NCBI GenBank assembly: GCA_013115125.1
Contig: JABANN010000123.1
Location: forward strand, 1 to 64,000
Source of the DNA: Perkinsus olseni
Lineage: Eukaryota
Reading direction: 5' to 3'
Length of the DNA stretch: 64,000 nucleotides
Part shown: positions 22,215 through 35,646 of the stretch, in pieces
Layout: every line of letters starts with the position of its first letter
Numbering within the stretch: position 1 is the first letter of the stretch
The notes under the pieces: model-generated
Database searches by the model: none
What the model was told of the DNA's origin: nothing
What the model saw: the letters and a program-made list of their open reading frames with translations, nothing else
Translations under genes and position numbers: made by a program

Positions 22215-24279
22215 ATGTCGGCTCGGTCCGAAGCACCCAGAGATAAATCGCTGTTCCACTGTCGACTGTCGCCCAACTCAGCTCGGATATTCCTCAAGAG
22301 CGTTATACTGGCGTCTCGCGTAGACCACGAGCTCATATTGTAAGTCACACTCGGGCCGCCATCGCTCGATAATGAGAATTTTTCAAAGCGGCTGTAAAGG
22401 TGTTGCATTCCAGGTATGCTCCACCGCCACCGACTGTGGATGATGCGTCCCGGGTGATACTGTCACTGCAAGCTGCCAACGACACTCAAACGGCCTGCCT
22501 GGTGGTCGGCTTTCGGAGAGGCTTTGCTACCCACTCGGATAGACGTCGAGGTAGCTCCCGCGGCGGTTGGCTTGGAGCACTTTGAGGAGCTCAGGGTACC
22601 GCGCCACTCGTGATGATCTACTTGGCGCGCTGCCGTGTCGTATGGTGGCCCATACCTTCCAGTGCGTGTCTGCGATACATCTAGTCGAAGTCGAGCTTAC
22701 TTTGGAAGAATCCAGCCTGGTATTGCTCTTCCGTAGCGAGCATGGTATAGTGGTGGAACACAAGCTGCGCCTCGGTGAAGCGTCTCGGGTAGGAAGGGGT
22801 GGGTACGGCCCAACCCCGAGCTTGCACCACGCTCTCAGGTCTCTTGCGTCCCCTCCGAGCAAGCTATATGCGGCGCTGAGAACGTGAGCTCACTCTCATG
22901 CTCATCCGAACGGTGAGGGCCTGCCGTAGCCGTCGGCCGTGATGATCTGATGCTATGGCTGCTCCCAGAACTGAATAGGGGCTAGTCTGTTACTCCCAGT
23001 CAGGTTGAACGTGGTCCTCTCACCATTTCCCATCGGGGCACACCCTTCGACGACCACCGCACCTCTTTACGTGTCTGTCTCCCATGCTGATGCCGCCGAG
23101 GAAATTACGGTGAGCAACGGATGGGTTTGATCCGTTCTTTCGTCTGCTACTGCTACTCGTCGCAGTTCTCCTCTGAGCGCGGTGAAACTCAAACCGCGGA
23201 CGATGCCGAGGGCCACCACTTACATGTCGGCGTGAAAGAGTCTATGCTGCCGATCAGCCAGCTTTCCGCATCCAACTTGGCGCCCGGAGATATCTCCTTC
23301 TCGGTCTCCTTGACCGAGCTTCTGGCGCTTGTGGGCGCTTTTCTGTCCGAAGGGACGCTCAAGGGAAAGAGCGGTCCCTTGCAACTCTTTGTCGCCCCGG
23401 AGATTGCCCTCTCAGTGAAGTGTCGAGGACCGAGTGAGCACTGCGCTCCGTCGTCAATCTGTGCCTTGAATGCTGTACTTCAGGTGGCATCGACTATGGT
23501 TCGTTCGATGTTACTCTGGTCCAGAGTACGGCGAATGGCGAGCAGCTCGACCTCGAGCCTAGGGAGCAGCCTCCGGGCCGCCGCCCTCCCCCACGTGTGC
23601 AGCGTAACAGGTCACAAGTCTCGACAGCTCCACGGCATAGTACCGGGCGAAGGAGTTCAACCAGCCCTCGGCCGTCAGCACCTTCCTCCGGAGCGCCTGA
23701 AGCTGAAAGCATGGGAAGCTCGCAGATGGCATACGAGACTCCTGACCCACTCACGCCGGTACGTTGCAGCCCGGGGCTCAACCAGCTCTGGCTCAGCGGT
23801 CGTTTAGGTATCGAGGTCCCGGGGCACCGATCGGCGCCAGTCGAACCAGCCAGCCGCTACAGGAAGCAGGGCAGCGGAAGTGGACCCAGTGAAGCTGGAG
23901 GAAGAGGATACTCGACCTTCGCAAGGAAATGCGACACAACGAGGACCCGAGGAGCTCGATAATTTGAGGTCGGACACTGAAACCGCTGGAGACCCGTGGC
24001 AGCCTCCACACCTGGGTCTTCACGAGCAGCCTGGGACTCGGACTTCCCCGGCAGGCAAATTCTTTACGGATCTGACGAGTTCGAGGAGGCTACGCAGGGG
24101 GATGCTGAGCAGGAGAGCTGGGCAGATCTATTACGGGCGATCTCTCAGGAGGACGACGGTGACCGAAATGCCCTCTCTCGTGTCTCGGTAATTCACCGGG
24201 TCGTTGTTCTTCAGGCGGAAATGATGAAACCCAGCGGATCCGTGGTCATGATGTATTCAATTTCGATCAGATGTGGTGA
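22215..24279 (+). CDS. RAD9: RAD9 checkpoint clamp (9-1-1) subunit with SQ/TQ-containing disordered tail
   Basis: FHCRLSPNSARIFLKSVILASRVDHELIL, LSLQAANDTQTACLV, LVLLFRSEHGIVVEHKL and FSVSLTELLALVGAF follow the order of Rad9 motifs. The acidic tail has several SQ/TQ dipeptides. Confidence 0.7.
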
Positions 24280-25202
24280 AGGTTCGTTTCTCAGCAAGAC
24301 CGGATTGCGTTGCTGCAATATTCCCCGAGCCCTTCGGGCCGCCTGAGAGAAACGCGCCCTCTTACAGGGCTCATCCGTGTTCAAGGAGACTCTCTAAGCG
24401 ACATTCATGCTCTCGAAGCGCGAACCGCTAATCGCCGGGGGAAAGAATCATGCGTGCGTCATGAGAACACTGTTATGCATCACCTTTTCACAGTTCACTG
24501 AGTAGACCGGAGTCTTGAGTTTCCCGGACCCCAACATTTCTCAACCGTAAATCCGAACCCCTCTACGAGGACGGTCCCCGCCACGGACGAGCTGAAACGC
24601 AGTATGCGCTCAATGCCAGGCTACGATGGCCGGAACTGCAAGACGATATGCACACGTGCGATGAGCGGGAGGGATACGCGTCCGATGCGCAAGTTGTGCA
24701 TGCGTGGTCATGCTATGGAGCTCTGGACTCCGACGAGTTCCTGCTGTCGGTTGCCCTCTCGGCGGCTCATGAAAAAGCCTTGTGCTTCTTCCGAGCGAAA
24801 AAAGCTTTTGTGCTTCTTTCCGCCTTGTGCTGTCGTTCTGTTTAAGTTGCTGTGCTCGTCACGAAGTACTCGAGCGGGGGCCTACATGCAAACTCGCTCG
24901 CCACGACGGAGACATGCTGGCGCCTTTGGACGATTCTCTCTCAGAACGGCACTGACGTCCTCTACGACGAAGAGTGCGACCAATCTGATGTATATATTCA
25001 CAACGGCCCTCTTATCGCTCGTTCGAGCCGCCAAGGGGCCCCTCAGATGTGACCTATTCGTCGAAGAGAAGGCGCACGCGCGCGTGACGTGGAGCCTTGC
25101 ACGCACGCTCAAAAGCGTGACGCGCGAGCACGGGAGCAACAACGTCCGTGTTCTTAGTTAGCTGCATTCCGTCTTCTGTACTGCACCGGCTGTAGCTCCC
25201 AC

Positions 25203-26168
25203 ATGGACTCATTGTATAATCTCTGTTCTGCACCAGTCACATTCTCCGAGCGTGGTAATCCTCCCTCAATCAACTCGGGGATTGATGGGCTTTTCCCCGA
25301 GACCAACGTAAGCGTGCCGAGGCCTCTGTCGGCCTCCCAGGACTTTGATTCTTCGTCAGGTACCCGTGTCCACGGAGCTGCCCCTGGAGCCGGCGGCCGC
25401 GGCAGAGGTGGTTGGTTTGGCGTCCGAAGTCAAATTTCTGAATCCCAGTGTACGCCGCGCCATTGCCAGTAACCTGGTACTCCCCTTGGGTGTAGCTGGT
25501 CGTGGAATTGTTCGGAGGATGATCGGGGAAGTGAGTAAAAGACTGCGTGTGATGATTCTCGTTACTACCACTTTCAGGAACTGCGTGTGAAGCCTCACCT
25601 ACGCCCCGTCGTGAAGTCGATTGGTAAACTGAAGAGTGCAACTATCCCAGCCCTGATCGAAATGTGCCTCGTCACTGGTACTCTGCAGCAGGCAACTCGT
25701 ATCTCTATTAACTTTATGGAGCAGCGTGGACGTAAGAAGATCTCCGCCAAGGGGCGGCAAAAAGCCTCCCCGAAATCTGCACGTGGAGCGAGGTCATCGC
25801 GTGACGTGCGTATCGATCAAGATTCGCAATGTCCGACGACTAATACTTCACCGGGTCCTGCTTATACATCCAGCGCCGGAGTGGAGCTGGAACCCCCGAT
25901 ATCACTACTGCCGTGCTCTGGCTCTCGGGTCTCGGCAGAGGCAGCAGTCGCTGGTGCAACCTCGGCGGCGGTTGCTGAACAACAACAACATCACCACTCT
26001 GTCTTGATAGCAACATCTCCAGCTGCTATGACCCCACTTGAGACATTTTCAGCCCTGTCTTCTACTTCGTCATCTGTCGATCTGTTCCACTCTGGGACTC
26101 ATTGCGAGCCTCCTCTTGGGAGTCCACAACCAGCGGTCCAGTACGGCATTTTTGACGAGCACCTATGA
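25203..26168 (+). CDS. Hypothetical protein (about 3 exons)
   Basis: MDSLYNLCSAPVTFSE|...FLNPSVRRAIASNLVLPLGVAGRGIVRRMIGE|ELRVKPHLRPVVKSIGKLKSATIPALIEMC...YGIFDEHL*, with canonical splice sites. Confidence 0.55.
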
Positions 26169-28039
26169 GATTCGGCCCTACCAGCTCTGCGAACGCTTTT
26201 ACTTAATTTTCATGGTAAGCTCTTTCGTATACGTGGATTTTCGGGGGGGAGGCATCCCTGCACAATATTGATGATTATGCTTTCAACTAATTTCGTCCCT
26301 GAGTCCGTCGCGTACCATTAAACTACGGTGCGCCACACTTACCTGTTTTGCGCGCTCCTGCATTTAACGTGCAGGAGTCGGCGCTATAGATTCCCTGTTA
26401 TCCTGTGCTCTCAGCGAGCCTGCTCTCTTCTTCTCAAGCTTCGTCTTATCTATTCAACCCAATGCGTCGAGTTATAGTACAGTCTGTCTGACGCATGCGA
26501 GAGGTCGAAGCCAGTCTGGGAGTGCTTGAGAGGAGCTTGGTTTAATAGTTCCGAGTTCGTCCACCTCAACCGCTCCCTGATCTAGCTGGAAGCCTATCCA
26601 GTGCACTGTGCTGTCGTAGGGCTCGAAGTTGAATCGCGAACAGCAGGGACGCGGCAGATACCCCAGAATCTGGAGCCCATGTGCTTATGAGACATGGGAA
26701 CACATATTTGTGAAACTGCCTCAGTGGATCCTATTCAGTTCGGTAGAGTATATGTAGCCAAGAAGTAGGTATCCTCTACTTTGAGTAGCTACTTCGAGTA
26801 CTCCACTGTACTATGCTGCCACGGGTGCTTCCTACTTCATATCGCCGAGTTGTGTTGATCAGTACACTCTGATGCTCTGGAGCCTTCGAGCCAGGCCGCC
26901 GCCGAGCCATTCCCCCGTCATGACTATCATCCTGTCGGCAGCAGCACCCCGGCAAAAGTTGCGGTTGATGTGGGTTGCAAGGGAGACGATCAGGGCTTTC
27001 GCCAATACCACGGTGGGTTCTTTGATGACTGAAGTCACGTAGGCTTCCGCGCGTCAGATCGTGAAGAAGACAGGGACGAAGTTCTTTGGCAAGGGAGAAT
27101 TGTTCGGCGGTAGACAAGACTGGGTGACCAACAGGAGAATGACGGACTTGCCCAAGCCGAACCACAAGGCTTGGCCTCGGGACATGCAGTAGCCTACAGC
27201 TCGCCTCTGGAATCGTCAAGTCTTTCTTTCAGTTTCACTCGGTGGCCCGGCGTGGTTGGTCAGAGGTTGAGTGCAGAATACTGGTTCCGTGAGACTGACA
27301 AGTGCCCAGTATCGGTGTACCATCATCAGGTGCTGGTCGTTGGCACGGTCGTTGTTGATAGTTTGGGCTGCTGTACTTTCTCAGACAGAGAAGCACGACT
27401 GTGTTTTCGTGGGCTCGGCTGACAAGCGAATGACAGAAACCAGAACGATAGAGAACACAGCACAGACCTACACTACAGGTTTCGCTGTGCAGTTGTTATT
27501 CGAGGGCAGAGGCGTCAAGGTATCGGCACCCGTTCGGTCAATGCAGGGAGCATGCGGTCGCTTTCAGGCGGTCCTCCAACCAAGCTGGCCCCACCTCTGG
27601 GCTCGTCTAACTGTCGGGTCTCCACTCAGGGATCTTTCCTGTAGTGACTTCGTGCAGTCCTGCTAACAGCTCAATCGTGGCAGATATAGCCGGTCGAGAT
27701 GCTGACGTTGTGGGCCATCTGAATAAGGATGGCACGATTCTCACGCTACATGGGCCTACAAAGAAAAGGTGCTACTGGGAATTGAACCCGAGTGCTTCTC
27801 GATGATCGCTCAGAGTCGGACATGTTGCGATGTGTATTTGGGGCGCTACCAAGGCCGCAGTGTACACAGGCAAGGGCTCCCATCTTGCATTCAACACACC
27901 TTTGCGGAAGACTATGAAGAAGCGATAACAGCCGCCCCCCATGCCATGTTGTTTCTGCGACCCCCCTGCACTTGTATTGCCATCAGGGAGGGCAGCAGAT
28001 GGTCGCGCTTGCAGTTCTTTTTTTCTGGAAAATTGCCCG

Positions 28040-29290
28040 ATGCCCGACCTTCCGAGCGGCCTCGTGGTCTTCGTGATTGGCGCAACAGGCGTCGGCAAGA
28101 CCAAAATAGCTCTCGACCTCGCTGCGCGACTGGATGGCGAGATTGTCGGAGCTGACTCGATACAGATTTACAAGGGCTTTGACGTGGCCAGCGCCAAGCC
28201 CACCAGAGAGCAGATGGCCTCCGTAATGCCCGATCGTTCCGTGCTTTCCGTCAGCAGCTTTTGTAGTAGGTACCCCATCACCTAGTAGACAGCATCGGCG
28301 CAGCGGAGGAATACAATGTTTCGAGATACGTGCGCGAGGCGACTGGCAAAATCCAAGAAATACAGGCGCGTGGCAGAACTCCCATCGTGGTCGGAGGTGG
28401 TTAGTGGGCGCCGTGGCTCTACTCGGAAATGCGTCGCCTCAGGCACAGTACAGTACGTGACAGCACTGCTATGGCCGATGAGTGCAGTGGAGCACTCTGA
28501 TGCCGTCCCGTCCACTCGCTCTAGCGACCAGGACACACCTTCCTCTGTCGGCTCCTCCGACGCGCTCTATGAGGAGTTACGGGCAGTGAACCCGACCGCT
28601 GCTGCCAAGCTGCACCCGCACGATGTTAGGCGAATCAAACGTTGTCTAGAGCTCGGCGAGGTCACGGTCGAGATGGGCGCACTGCGGTACCCGAGAGCCA
28701 GAGTCATTTGGCTCACCTGTGACGATAAGGATGTCTACAGGAAGCGAGTGGCTGATCGGGTAGACTGCATGGTCGCTGACGGTCTAAAGGAGGAGCTCAC
28801 GACTCTAGTGGTGCCGGGTGTAAAAAGCGGGGCCCTGGGATGGAACCGGGGACCTCTTCAGGGCATCGGGTACAAAGAGTTTCGTGAATGGGTTGAGAAT
28901 CCAACAGCAGAGAGTTGGGATCGTTGTATCGATCGCGTTAAGACGGGGACCGTTAAATACAGTCGACAGCAGGTGAAGTGGATACGCAACAAGATCGAGC
29001 CTCACATCGAGGTGTGCAAGGTTGACACCAGCGACTTCGAGGCTGCTTCGGCCGCCTCCTGGCCCGGCATGCTGGCTAGTGCGGTGGAATTCGTGAGGAG
29101 AGAGCCGAGGGCGGTTAGGGAGGCCTCGAAGGACGAATGGAAAAAGTACGATTGTGAGATCTGCGGCAAGGAGGGCATCAATGGTCCGAATGAATGGGAG
29201 CAGCATCTGGGCAGCAAGCTGCACAAAAGCCGAAAACGCAAAGCGAAACAAGCTGCATTACAAGCGGAGCGAAGCGATTCAACAACTTAG
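28040..29290 (+). CDS. TRIT1: tRNA dimethylallyl (isopentenyl) transferase, MiaA/MOD5/TRIT1 family, with C-terminal zinc finger
   Basis: P-loop VIGATGVGKTKIALDLA, GEIVGADSIQIYKGFDVASAKPT, VPHHL, PIVVGG|TVQY, LHPHDVRRIKRCLE, LQGIGYKEF, YSRQQVKWIRN and CEICG...WEQHLGSKLH. Confidence 0.95.
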
Positions 29291-29299
29291 TGGAGTATG

Positions 29300-31944
29300 T
29301 TTCCTTTGCCGTTGAGTCGTCAATTCGTCCTCCGGTTACACTGGATGGTACGCCCCTGATGATTGCCACTGAACGAAAGGCTGAGGCTCATCATGAAGGC
29401 AGCGGTGGGGGCCGTGATGGACTTTCGTCTTGCCTCCCAATACGGCAGGACAGATCCCTGGAGACGACCGGGCCCGTCATGACGTCGGAGGACAGAGATA
29501 AAGCTCGGACCTGAAGAGCACGCTAGCGTGTGCTACTGCCGTGGCTTCACTCACCTCGTCGAAGAAAAATTTATCGAGAGTTTGAGTGTGGACGGAAGTC
29601 CCTAAACCATCCCTTATGCGCATGATGGAGCTTACGTGCCCGTCGGTACCATAGGCCACGAGCCTGAGGATGGTGATTCGATACACGCTCTCCACACAGT
29701 ACCACTGGTAACATGGGCGTCGCAGCACAAGTCAGAAAGTGTGCTCAGCTAGTGGCTACTAGGACAAGGATGCTACATCTCCCCCTGTCGATGCATTTCC
29801 TCAACGGCTTCAGTAAAATTCTCTCCTCGCCGTACGGTCGCCTTTGGTGGGGTCTGACATGAGAGTGGTCCAGTGACTCCTCGGGTGTTCCTGTGTGCAT
29901 CACTCTTTCATGAGTTTCTCGTTCGACTCGACGCCCCAGGGCTGAAGCCATGTGGTGCAGACGGGCCTGACAGGTGCGCAACTACAGGCGAGTCTTCTCC
30001 TGTGCCCCTACGTAAGCCCTCGCTGCGATAGCTTGACGCCTCGCTGGGCCAAGACACTCGTTAACGGTCCTTGCTACGCAAGCATATCGTGCGGGGGTGC
30101 CTGAGAGCGGCAGCCGTACCATAAATCGCCCGGAACTTCGGTTCAGTATCACTCATTCGCTTGTGCGCGGGCGGCTGCAATGCGGCCAAAGCCGAGCCTA
30201 GTTCGCCCCATGTGGTCGAGCCACCACCGCTGGTATCCAGCAGGCTGAGGGAAAGCGTCGACTACCATCGCCGAGCGTTGTACTACTAGAAAATGCAGTT
30301 CAGAGTTTGATCTCGGATCTGGTGCCGGTCGAGGCCGACCAGCGTTCGGATGAATCTTTTGAAGGAAGTCAGGGTCAAAGTCTCCACATCCGGTGGTTCT
30401 GAGTGACCGCAGTACCCAACTTGAGCAGAGAGGCGTGACGATCTCACCCGTGAACTGAGTGTCCGACGCCCTCCGTGGCTTCTTAACGAGAATTCTGGGG
30501 ATCGCCGGTGCTAGTTTGGCCGTCAGCCTAACCCAAGCAGCGATCGCGTCCATGGACAGAGCTAGCGCCCCCACCTAGTGGACTGTTCAGGAGGGCCAGG
30601 ACGAGGGCCTGGCAGAAAGAGTACTCTCCGCGAAGCACATCCCCCGGCTTACGCGCGCGGCCGACGAGAATGGACATCCTGGCCACCTTCTTCGCGTGAT
30701 CGGCAGCCTCCTTGTTGCGGCGCCATCTCTTCAACTCTCGTTCATGATGACGTCTCTGCAGCTCATCGAGAGCATCGGGAACGCTTCTATACCTTCGAGC
30801 CTGCGCAGAGTGGGGTTAGAAAGAGGTCGTCGGTTCGATCCCCGGCCCTACCAAGTGCGACTGTATTTCCATAACAAGGATTTGCGGACAGAACACGATG
30901 AGGCCGAGCATGAACTCATAGATGGGAATTTGGTCCATCCGCCGGCAGAGGCAGATTTTTTCGAAAAATTGAGTGGTTTCACTTTGCGATATTTGCAAAG
31001 GCTCAAGGAGATGAACCTGATCAGACCAACCCGTCGTTCTCAGGTCGAACGCGGCCCCCATGCGCCGTACGTAATCCGCGAGAGACAACTTGAGCTCCCC
31101 AGTGACGTCCATAAGGTAGAGGGAGTCCATGATGGCGAAGCATCGATTCACGATCTGACGACAGCCGCGATGCGAGGGAGTTCCTTGCATAATGACAGTA
31201 GACTCGTGACCTTCTTCCGAAACTCCGACAGACCGAAATCTGGTGTAGCCAAACGCACGCCGGATATCAAGTGCCTGGGGTGATAGTTAAAGGCTGGGTC
31301 GCTTATCAGCGGCTAACTTGCCTCAGGAGTAGTGCAGGGAAGTGGTCGTCGTCTCCGAGCTCGGACTCTGTTGCAACGCTAGTTGATGAAGCAGAGCTCG
31401 TTGTTTCTGACACCTCTAGCTGTGAGTTGTCGCTAATAGAGTCTCGGACGCCTGCGTGACGAAGAAGTTCTACCAACTTAATAGAGTCCAGCACGAAGCC
31501 TCGCTGAACTTACGTGGGTTGCCAGAATTCTCAGCGTTGTCACCTTCTCGCTGCGACTCATTCCCATCATCACTTTCTCCATCGGGCACCAGTGGGATAG
31601 CCGCCGGAATGGCATCACTCAGAAAGTCATAGACGAGGTCGGCGTGGCTGAAAGATACTCGCAAGAGCCCAGTGGGTATCGATCGATTACTCGTCAAGTA
31701 TGTCGAACTTAGCAGCTAATTTGTGCAAGTCCGCTCTCGTGAGTTTTCTGTCCAGCCAGGCCTCGGGCCCGCCACGGATGCCGAGAACCTTGGGGATGAT
31801 GCGGTGGATTTGAGAGATGTCACACCTGCCACGACCAGTGGATGGGAGACTGAAGGCGTCCTGCTGTACTTCTCCTTCATCACTTTCTGCATATCTTCGA
31901 GGAACAGAAAAGGTGACACGGCAGTCATGGCACTGAGGGGCATG

Positions 31945-31988
<44 letters not shown>

Positions 31989-34200
31989 CTGGAAGGCCAC
32001 AACATATCCACCTGAAGAGTTCTTCCTTCTCTAGCGTGCCGCTGCCATCGAGGTCGAGCTTGTTGAAGAGGCGCTCGGCTTCTTCGTTCAGGACGCCACA
32101 TTGAGCGATGACCTGCGCTCGGCGGGCCTCAGCCGGGGCAAGGAGACATTCCCGATACCTTAACAAATTGCATCTCGTCCAACCCCTCATCAGAGTTGGG
32201 CCAAATCTGGCTGAGATGGCTGAAGGTGGCCGCTAGGGAACCGTATCTGGTTATGAGGCGCCTGAGATCCACTCGGCGTCACATCAAGACTTGCTAAGAC
32301 GCACATGGGCATCCAAACGGGAGCAGAGAGTGCCGCGGCGCTACTTTCGGAAGTCCTCTAGAGTGGTGATTTCGGCAGCGCTGTCGAGCGTCTCCATGAA
32401 CTCGTGAACGGAGACTCCGCCGTCGCCGTTGATGTCGATGGCGTCGAATGTCATTCGGGCCTCGGCGAGGTCAGTGCAGATCTGAGAGCCACTCCTATCG
32501 GTCAGCTCGGTCACCTTCACCCAAGGTGCACCTTGGTCTTGATCAGCGTGTTACTGAACTCTCTTATTTTCATGTCCCGCTCGGAGCCCACCGCCGCAAT
32601 TTGTGAGAACGCTCTTGTTAGGGAACCGAATCGCGCTATGATTCTCCTGCGGAACGCTTGCAACACCTAGGCAGGCGCAAGATCTTTCGGCTCGTTTGAA
32701 GTTGTGGTTCTGACCATCTGTTTGTATAGCAGGACGCTGCTGTTCACACGTTTCCTCTCTCCTCTACCGCGCTCCCTCGAGGACCCTTCCTCGCCCCCTC
32801 TCGGCTTGGCCGCGGCAAAGCTGGGCTCTGCTCTTGTAGCTTCAGTGAAGATCTCTATAGCGTCGGCCCCGTTTCGTGCTGAATCCCGACAGGCCGCACT
32901 AAGACAGCTCGCAACAGAAGTCATCGCTCACTCAGAGCCCGCCGTCGCCGCTCACGAGTGTTGCTCGATTTTTCTTGCATCAGACTCTGACGAGGAGAAG
33001 ATATTTCCGGGAGGCCTCGAGACCACCCGCGAGCCTCACCTCCCGCACCCTCCTCCACAGAGTGTCATCTTCCTGTGTAACGTTAGCAGGATAGATCTCA
33101 TCGAGCACCGCGGCGACCTGGTGTTCCGAGTCGAGAGTTTCCCCGAACACCTAGATCGCATCAACTGTCACTCGGAAAAGTGACCGCTCGCCGCTGACCT
33201 TCCCCACAGCGTATGTCTCGGCCTTTGGCAAGGGAGGCGGCAGCTGCTCGAGCGCAGCTTTCGCAGAGTTTCCAACAATAAACCGCTGTATCAGAGAGCC
33301 TATGAGAGAATGCCTCTTTCGTGTTGCACAGTAAATGAGGAGCAATCTACCATGCCTGTACTTTGGGCACTGTTCTTGTTGCAGCACAGCCCTCGTGTCG
33401 AACTGACGGAGTTCTGAGCACACTAGGAGCTTGCGATCACCCAAGACGCGCAAAGTCCCTGGCTAGTAGGGCAGTGAGCTCAAGCGTATGTACTTGGTCT
33501 TGTCTTTGATTTTTGCAATATGGTAGAGGATGGGCACTCTGAGAGGGCTACGTCTGACCTGCGGGGGAGCTCAGAGGTGCTCGTCACGGTAGAGCAGCTC
33601 GGCTCTTACAAGCGTTCCGAATCCTCTTTTGCATTCCCCGCCACTCGCAATTTCCTATGCCACCTTGCGGAGGCGTGTCGCTGCAGCCGAAATCCAATCT
33701 ACAAGCAAGACCCCTAGTCTCAGTATGAGGTTTGGCACTAGGCGAAAAGCAGAACCATCACTTCAGGGTTGCCGTGCGAAGAGAAAAGGACAAGCTACCT
33801 CGCAACGCTCAGCCTCGCTGAAGCCAGACTCTCCCCAGCGGGCTTTGTGCAACGCTCCGGTGGAATCTGTAAGGCGGATGGAGTCTCTCAGGCGAGCGAT
33901 TTCCTACGGCTCCGACCGCCGCCGATCGGCATCCGGCCGATTTCCGAATTGAAGAGCCTCTGCCTCCGCGGACGTGTATCCGTCGACTTAAAGTCCGAGG
34001 CTGCCATTCCCTTGATGGTGACCAAAGTCCGAGAGGTCACTGGCATGACTGAGATTGAGAGCGGGCAGCACGTCAGCAGACCAGCTCTGTTGAGGATCGC
34101 CTGCCTGATTCGCCCGCCGTGTCACGTTCACCTTTCGGCTCCCGCTCCTTCGATTGTGGCGACTGCGGTGGCATCAAACTTTGGACGCCTCGAAGCTCCA
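29300..34200 (-). CDS. Large multi-exon EF-hand protein (may be two genes; boundaries approximate)
   Basis: EF-hand loops ARMTFDAIDINGDGGVSVHEF (about 32.4 kb) and AERLFNKLDLDGSGTLEKEEL (about 32.05 kb), with a degenerate EF-like exon at 30.85-31.15 kb. Confidence 0.6.
31945..31986. repeat. (CAT)14 microsatellite in an intron of the EF-hand gene
   Basis: Read directly from the sequence. Confidence 0.95.
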
Positions 34201-34438
34201 AGAGCGCCAACTATTCCTAGGCAAGAGTCACCCGTCGTCCGGGGGATTGACAAAGCAACGAGTGCTTGAATAAATAAATGAATAATAAGACACCTCGCTG
34301 ACTGGGCGGCGGCCGAAGATTCTCGCACCTTTCATGGTACCTCAAGTTTTAATACCGTAAAGGATTTCTATGATCAACAACCAATTGGGAACAAAAAGGC
34401 GAACCCAGTGGACGAAGAGATTGACGATGACGACGACC

Positions 34439-35458
34439 TCATTTGATGAGGCCATACTCATACAGAGTCTGCAAAAAACTCTGTTCCTGATTCTGAGTTC
34501 GACTGCTGGAGATACCGCTCGTCACAGGCTGCAAGGACGGCGCCGCAGCAGGCGGTAAACGCGATGTCGTTGTTGTGGTCATCCCGCTTCCGTACGGCTT
34601 CCCCGGGACGAACTCGACGGCATTGGGCGACAGTTTGGTGCCTTTCGACTCCAACCCGTTCAAGCCGTCAACCACCCCGTTACCGTGAAGGGCGGCCAGG
34701 ACCCTCTTCAGCCCGGCCGGGACGCTCGTGTCGTAGATATTAATATCGTCATATCCCTCGCTCTCAACGATTTTAGTGACTTCCTCCTCACTCAGTCGCT
34801 TGATCTTGACTCCCTCTGTGGCACTCTCGACAGCAGCAAGACTCGAAGTATTGTAATAAGACGTAGCATGAAAGCTGCCAGACCTAATATGGTCGCTCAA
34901 TGGTAGTAGAAAGTTGCCAGAATCGTAAGATGGTGCTGCTGCCAGGCGAGCTGAGTCTTGTCGCCGACTGTACTGGCCTCGTTGGGCTTGACGTAACTGT
35001 TGTTGGAGTTGCTGCAAAGAAAGATCTTGTTGTGCTTGCCGTTGCCTCTGACCGCCTTGGTGAGGGCGTTGAACCTGCCCCTGATGCCTTAGTAGGATCT
35101 GCTGGAGTTGTTCTTCTTGTGACTGTGGCATGACACTATGACCAGTGCCGAGCTCAGTAGGCCTGCCAAGGTTCGTCGTTGAGGGGTAGCTATTGCCGAC
35201 AGGGGATTGCTCCGTCAATAGAAGGCCACCAGTGAGGTACCCGACCCCTTCATTGCTCGTCGCTGCGGCTCTCGGATTCTCGCCCGAGTCGAACTGCCTT
35301 TGCGTCATCTGCTGACCCAGCTGCTGCAGACCGCCGCCGCCCTGTGGTGCGGTGGTATCCTGAGGGGACTGGTAATCCGAGGTAGTTGGGGTGCTGAGGG
35401 GAGCGGGGACGTCGGAGACCGTCACCGATTTATTCAGCTCGGATATCTCCTGACCCAT
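34439..35458 (-). CDS. Gln-rich, largely disordered protein with a PAM2 (PABP-interacting) motif; single exon
   Basis: Long ORF with likely start MGQEISELNKS at 35458. TKLSPNAVEFVPG at about 34600-34640 fits PAM2 (xLxPxAxEFxP). Q-rich middle region. Confidence 0.75.
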   Translation of the reverse strand: MGQEISELNKSVTVSDVPAPLSTPTTSDYQSPQDTTAPQGGGGLQQLGQQMTQRQFDSGENPRAAATSNEGVGYLTGGLLLTEQSPVGNSYPSTTNLGRPTELGTGHSVMPQSQEEQLQQILLRHQGQVQRPHQGGQRQRQAQQDLSLQQLQQQLRQAQRGQYSRRQDSARLAAAPSYDSGNFLLPLSDHIRSGSFHATSYYNTSSLAAVESATEGVKIKRLSEEEVTKIVESEGYDDINIYDTSVPAGLKRVLAALHGNGVVDGLNGLESKGTKLSPNAVEFVPGKPYGSGMTTTTTSRLPPAAAPSLQPVTSGISSSRTQNQEQSFLQTLYEYGLIK

Positions 35459-35646
35459 GAAAACTGGGAACACCCTGAAACACGCAAGGATACGCAACGC
35501 ATAGAAATCCCAACGTGCGACGCCAATCTTAATATACATAATCGTTGAGCGAAAAACTCCTCTACGCGCTCGGATTTTTTCACACACATCTTAATCGCCG
35601 AGGAATTTGAGATCGAATCGCGACCCTCGTTGAGTTTTGAGCAACA

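Noticed and set aside
24604-25161. 185-aa ORF and stop-interrupted frames between RAD9 and the next gene
   Set aside because: No recognisable motif or convincing splice model, so neither gene nor pseudogene can be supported.
26335-26377. ACACTTACCTG plus a hairpin, resembling the U1 snRNA 5' end
   Set aside because: No U1-70K loop (GATCA), U1A loop (ATTGCAC) or Sm site follows. It equals a minus-strand CAG|GTAAGT splice donor.
26340-27750. Possible minus-strand multi-exon gene
   Set aside because: Splice-like signals are present, but no consistent reading frame or motif could be assembled by eye.
31687-32190. Poly-Met and poly-His ORFs
   Set aside because: Translation artefacts of an intronic (CAT)14 microsatellite.
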